64,000 nucleotides of DNA from an uncultured Gammaproteobacteria bacterium (GTDB taxonomy: Bacteria; Patescibacteriota; Patescibacteriia; CAZGFX01). Under the pieces are notes generated by a model. That model was given only the letters and a program-made list of their open reading frames with translations, searched no databases and had not been told where the DNA came from. Shown here piece after piece: positions 60,307-64,000 of this stretch (the first letter of the stretch is position 1; each line of letters opens with the position of its first letter). A program made the translations under genes and the position numbers. The stretch covers positions 6,440-70,439 of the forward strand of contig CAZGFX010000002.1 of assembly GCA_964524845.1 (NCBI GenBank), given 5' to 3'.

Positions 60307-61458
60307 TTATTCGGTTTTTTTATTTTTATAATACTTCTTCCCTTTCAATTTTTCAGGCAATAAACTATCTTCTGTGTACTTCTCATAACCTTCTCCGTAT
60401 CCAAGTTCTTTCATTAATTTTGTTGGAGCATTTCGAATATTCATTGGTATTGGTAGATTGCCTTGTTCTCTCGCGTCCTTAGACGCTTCCATATACGCAT
60501 CATACGCGCCCCTGTCCTTCTTACACGTGCTTAAATAAACAACTCCGTGTCCTAGATTTATTCCGCACTCAGGAGGTCCTATCGTCTCGCATGCGCGAAA
60601 AACCGCGTTTGCAACGACAAGTGCTGTCGGTTGAGCCATCCCAATATCCTCTGATGCGAAAATCACCATTCTTCGAGCAATAAATAAAGGGTCTTCTCCT
60701 GACTCAATCATACGCCCAAGATAATATAATGCCGCATCCACATTACTCGCCCGCATACTTTTTATAAATGCGCTTATTGTATTATAGTGCTCCTCGCCTT
60801 TTTTATCATATCGTAAAAATTTTGATTGTAGTGTATCCTTGAGTGTTGTAATTGTAACGGTGTTATATAATCGTTCTGTATTTTCAATCATCGTAAGTGC
60901 CTGACGAGCATCTCCATTTGCCATAGAAACGAGCCATTCTATGGACTCGTCATCCATCATCACATTGGTTCGTCTGATGATCATTTTCATATCATCTGGC
61001 TCAAGTTCATTGAGAACAAAAACTCTGCACCTAGAAAGAAGAGCAGGAATAACCTCAAAACTTGGATTTTCTGTCGTCGCTCCTATGAGCGTCAATATTC
61101 CTTTCTCAACATAAGGTAATAAAAAATCTTGTTGTGCTTTATTAAATCTATGTATTTCATCCAAAAACAATATCTTCGGTTTATCCATTGGACGTACATC
61201 ATTTATAATACTCCTTATATCATCCTTTCCTGCCGATACTGCGGACAGTTCTTTTAGATCGGCTTCGATATTCCGTGCATATATACGAGCAAGAGTTGTT
61301 TTTCCAACTCCAGGAGGCCCCCAAAGAATAAACGAAAACAAATGCTTTTCAGATATAGCATTAAATAATGGCTTCCCTTCTCCGACAAGATGTTTTTGTC
61401 CTACAAAATCATCAAGTTTCAGAGGACGTATTCTAGAAGCAAGTGGTTCCATATTCAT
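60307..61458 (-). CDS. rarA: Replication-associated recombination protein A (MgsA)
   Basis: PLASRIRP, WGPPGVGKTT, DEIHRFNKAQQD, ATTENPSF, SAFIKSMR, ASEDIG. Confidence 0.95.
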   Translation of the reverse strand: MNMEPLASRIRPLKLDDFVGQKHLVGEGKPLFNAISEKHLFSFILWGPPGVGKTTLARIYARNIEADLKELSAVSAGKDDIRSIINDVRPMDKPKILFLDEIHRFNKAQQDFLLPYVEKGILTLIGATTENPSFEVIPALLSRCRVFVLNELEPDDMKMIIRRTNVMMDDESIEWLVSMANGDARQALTMIENTERLYNTVTITTLKDTLQSKFLRYDKKGEEHYNTISAFIKSMRASNVDAALYYLGRMIESGEDPLFIARRMVIFASEDIGMAQPTALVVANAVFRACETIGPPECGINLGHGVVYLSTCKKDRGAYDAYMEASKDAREQGNLPIPMNIRNAPTKLMKELGYGEGYEKYTEDSLLPEKLKGKKYYKNKKTE

Positions 61459-61523
61459 AATATTACACAAAAACACAAGTGTTTACCACTTGTGTTTTAT
61501 TTATCCGTCTTATTTTCTATGCT

Positions 61524-61763
61524 TTATTTTTTACAACCACACCCTTTACCAATGGTTGTTGCAGAACAGCCTCCGCAGCCGTCTTTACCAGAACACAGTC
61601 CATTACACAGTCCGGAATCTTTCATCGGACATGTTTTTACTGTTTCTGACTTATCTGCACCGGTTGTTGTTTTATCTAGAGCAAAACTCCCTGCAGCAAC
61701 AACAACAGAAGCGATAACAACCGCGGAAAGCGTCATACCGACATATAATAATATTTTTTTCAT
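61524..61763 (-). CDS. Small exported Cys-rich protein
   Basis: Signal/TM then CPM...C...C...CGGC...CGC. Confidence 0.65.
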   Translation of the reverse strand: MKKILLYVGMTLSAVVIASVVVAAGSFALDKTTTGADKSETVKTCPMKDSGLCNGLCSGKDGCGGCSATTIGKGCGCKK

Positions 61764-61842
61764 GATACTAATATAAGATTAAATGGTTATTTATGAAGGA
61801 TATCCTTCTACTTATATATACGTATCAAGAGTATTTTTTCTT

Positions 61843-62592
61843 TCATTTCATATGACACGTAGATCCTGTTTTCCCACCGCATGTACAACACCCGCAATTC
61901 ATTGGTCTTATTTCAGATGCAATAAAATTATTTTGTTCAATCCTTTCTCCTATTATTTTTATTTTTGAACCGATGATAAAATTCTGTGTTTCTAGTATGT
62001 TTCTATTTTTCATCGATAAAATATTCCATTGAATATCACTAATATCCCTAACAATAAGTACTGGTGGCTCTTTGGAAAAGGAAACCACATCTCCTACGAT
62101 AATTCCATGTTCAGGATCATGAAGTAATGATTCTTGAAAACACGACAGCTTTTGATATGCACCTATGTGCATCGCGCACGTATGTTCAAAACGTTTTCCT
62201 ACACCGAAAAAATCAAACATGGTTCCAAAAACAACACTTGTTAAAACAATACCGCCTATTATATATAAAATAGTATATCGGTATCCTATTTTTGTTTTTC
62301 GTATATCAAAATATGCAATAATACCAAACAAAATAATAAAAAACACCCAAACATATGGAAGAGTAACAAAAAACAATTTTATAAAACCACTGTTTGTATG
62401 CGTATATAAGTCCAAATCACCAGTTCTAACACTATGGAGCACAATCGAAAACGCCAATCCCCCTAGAAGTGCCAATACTACTCCAATTCCCCAAATAATT
62501 TTTTCTTTCAACAAAAAATTCCAGCGCGGTTTCGGAGTCAGGTGAGCATCGCGTATGGTATCAAGCACTTTTTTTGTTACATTGTTGTTCAT
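61843..62592 (-). CDS. Putative anti-sigma membrane protein
   Basis: Directly downstream of the ECF sigma gene, 3 TM helices, Cys-rich C-terminus. Confidence 0.6.
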   Translation of the reverse strand: MNNNVTKKVLDTIRDAHLTPKPRWNFLLKEKIIWGIGVVLALLGGLAFSIVLHSVRTGDLDLYTHTNSGFIKLFFVTLPYVWVFFIILFGIIAYFDIRKTKIGYRYTILYIIGGIVLTSVVFGTMFDFFGVGKRFEHTCAMHIGAYQKLSCFQESLLHDPEHGIIVGDVVSFSKEPPVLIVRDISDIQWNILSMKNRNILETQNFIIGSKIKIIGERIEQNNFIASEIRPMNCGCCTCGGKTGSTCHMK

Positions 62593-62596
62593 AAAA

Positions 62597-63181
62597 TTAC
62601 GTATCGTTGTTTATCTGATCGACAAGCTTCTGTTTCAAAATATGTTTTGCACGATTAATATGTGTAGCGACAGTACCAATTGGCTTTTTCATTATGTCGG
62701 AAATTTCTTTATAATCCTTATCTTCAAAAAATTTAAGCACTATGATATCTCTGTATTTTTCATCCATTTCCTCGAGTGCCTGAGATATTTTTTCTTTAAG
62801 ATGAATAATATCAACACTGTGTTCCATATCGAGATCGGAAACAATTGCTTCTATAGAGATGTCATCAGCGTCAGGAAGTACTGCCGGACGAACACTTCTT
62901 TTACGGTATGCACTTATCGCTTCATTGCGCGCAATGCGATATATCCACGAAGAAAACTTCAAAGACGTATCAAACTCGTTTATGTTTATATACACTTTTA
63001 TGAAAATGTCTTGCAAAATATCATCCGCATCTTCATATGAAATATTCGATATTCTCATAATAAAGGAACGTAAACGACGCTCATATCTATTGATTATGTG
63101 TACAAATATTCCTTGATTTATTGCTACATGAAACGCTATTTCCTCATCGGATATACCTTCCAAATTTTCTGCATTCATCAT
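62597..63181 (-). CDS. ECF RNA polymerase sigma factor
   Basis: DADDILQDIFIK, FSSWIYRIARN, YKEISDIMKKPIGTVATHINRAK. Confidence 0.92.
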   Translation of the reverse strand: MMNAENLEGISDEEIAFHVAINQGIFVHIINRYERRLRSFIMRISNISYEDADDILQDIFIKVYININEFDTSLKFSSWIYRIARNEAISAYRKRSVRPAVLPDADDISIEAIVSDLDMEHSVDIIHLKEKISQALEEMDEKYRDIIVLKFFEDKDYKEISDIMKKPIGTVATHINRAKHILKQKLVDQINNDT

Positions 63182-63349
63182 AGTCTCATCATACTATTAT
63201 ATATAATACTACGCAAAAACAAGCTGTTTTCTTTCATTTTTACTAATAAAAAAGCCCTCTATCCACAACAAATACTTGACAGGTCGTCTTATCTGTGATA
63301 GACTAAAATGATAAATAAAAAATCAAAAACCAATCAAATAGGAGGTTTT

Positions 63350-63709
63350 ATGGAAATCGAAACGTTTTCAACTGACAATTTAGACCAAGCAATCGAATGT
63401 TTTGAGGATCAGATACTTTTAAAAGAAATTGTCCGTCCCGTTTCTTGCGAAGGACCCGTGTTAGCTTCTCCAAATAAAAAAATGGTGTTCCGACGTTTCA
63501 TGACATGGGACGAGTACCAGGAAGCAATCGAAAAGAATATCGTAAATAAAAAATCTTATTACGACTTAGATCGTAAGTGGATTAATAAGAAAAAAAACCA
63601 GCAAAGTAGCTGGAAAAAATATCGCGCAAACCAATACCACATTCTTCATTACCATTCTTCAAGAACAATTTGGAAAGAAGTGGCGGAAATTGAATTGCGC
63701 ACAATATAA
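63350..63709 (+). CDS. Hypothetical protein
   Basis: AGGAGG SD before ATG 63350; promoter TTGACA(63276)-17-TAGACT; terminator 63732-63764. Confidence 0.7.
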   Translation: MEIETFSTDNLDQAIECFEDQILLKEIVRPVSCEGPVLASPNKKMVFRRFMTWDEYQEAIEKNIVNKKSYYDLDRKWINKKKNQQSSWKKYRANQYHILHYHSSRTIWKEVAEIELRTI

Positions 63710-63782
63710 AGATGTTTTCTCCTTATTAAATAAAAAAGTCTGTCTTTGAATAAAGACAGGCTTTTGCTTTTTATTGTTTAAT

Positions 63783-63968
63783 TTAATTTGCCTTATTAAG
63801 ACTTCTTCTGCTTTTTCCAAGTCTTGTTATATTAAAAATTCGTTTTGCATCTTTTATAAGAAAGTCTTTTTCTGTTTGACTTACTTCCCCGTTTCCTCTA
63901 AAAAGTGTTTTTATCTTTTTGTTTGTACTTTTTCTTCTGTTCCTTGCTGTTGACCATTTTCTCGGCAT
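63783..63968 (-). CDS. Small basic hypothetical protein
   Basis: 61 aa, K/R-rich, strong SD (AAGGGGGTGA), ends at a bidirectional terminator. Confidence 0.55.
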   Translation of the reverse strand: MPRKWSTARNRRKSTNKKIKTLFRGNGEVSQTEKDFLIKDAKRIFNITRLGKSRRSLNKAN

Positions 63969-64000
63969 TTATTTCACCCCCTTTCAACGCGCATGAGCAT

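Noticed and set aside
53050-63270. Scattered DnaA-box-like 9-mers (near 53058, 56790, 63259)
   Set aside because: They are single, mismatched and unclustered, with no dnaA or dnaN nearby, so not an origin.
1-64000. Recoded genetic code (TGA=Gly), tRNA/rRNA genes, IS elements or prophage
   Set aside because: Conserved genes are full length under code 11 and TGA serves as a stop (e.g. 5734, 16402). No tRNA, rRNA, transposase or phage structural genes were recognised, and the holin-like gene is solitary.

Overview
This AT-rich window looks like a Patescibacteria (CPR) chromosome segment. The call is inferred from gene content: a VirB2/TrbC-type pilin fused to Ig/IPT domains, DUF4012, split transketolase and N-terminally short MurF. 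It uses the standard genetic code. Housekeeping blocks are ftsL-ftsI-murF, gap-(RHH regulator)-pgk, eno-gpmI-PAP2-mltG, gatB-M16 peptidase, asnS, TagA/NUDIX-gltX-M23, a 2875-aa pilin-adhesin followed by a beta-CASP/pentose-phosphate operon, a glycosylation block, RNase P RNA (rnpB), a repair block (thpR, ogt, DUF167, nfo, lexA, rarA), NRAMP and an ECF sigma/anti-sigma unit. The most unusual element is a four-cassette array at 5.75-9.08 kb. Each gene there sits behind a near-identical hairpin-promoter module, three junctions share an identical 44-nt terminator, three genes encode 31-aa helical-repeat proteins with variable positions (10, 6 and about 1.5 repeats), and the fourth gene is unrelated. 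Other candidates: a promoter-driven ~55-nt RNA convergent on a NYN RNase gene, a ~70-nt RNA carrying an anti-Shine-Dalgarno tract, an unannotated 29-aa hydrophobic peptide near lexA, and a contrast between SD-less core genes and strong-SD orphan genes. All functional calls come from motif recognition by eye; no database search was run.
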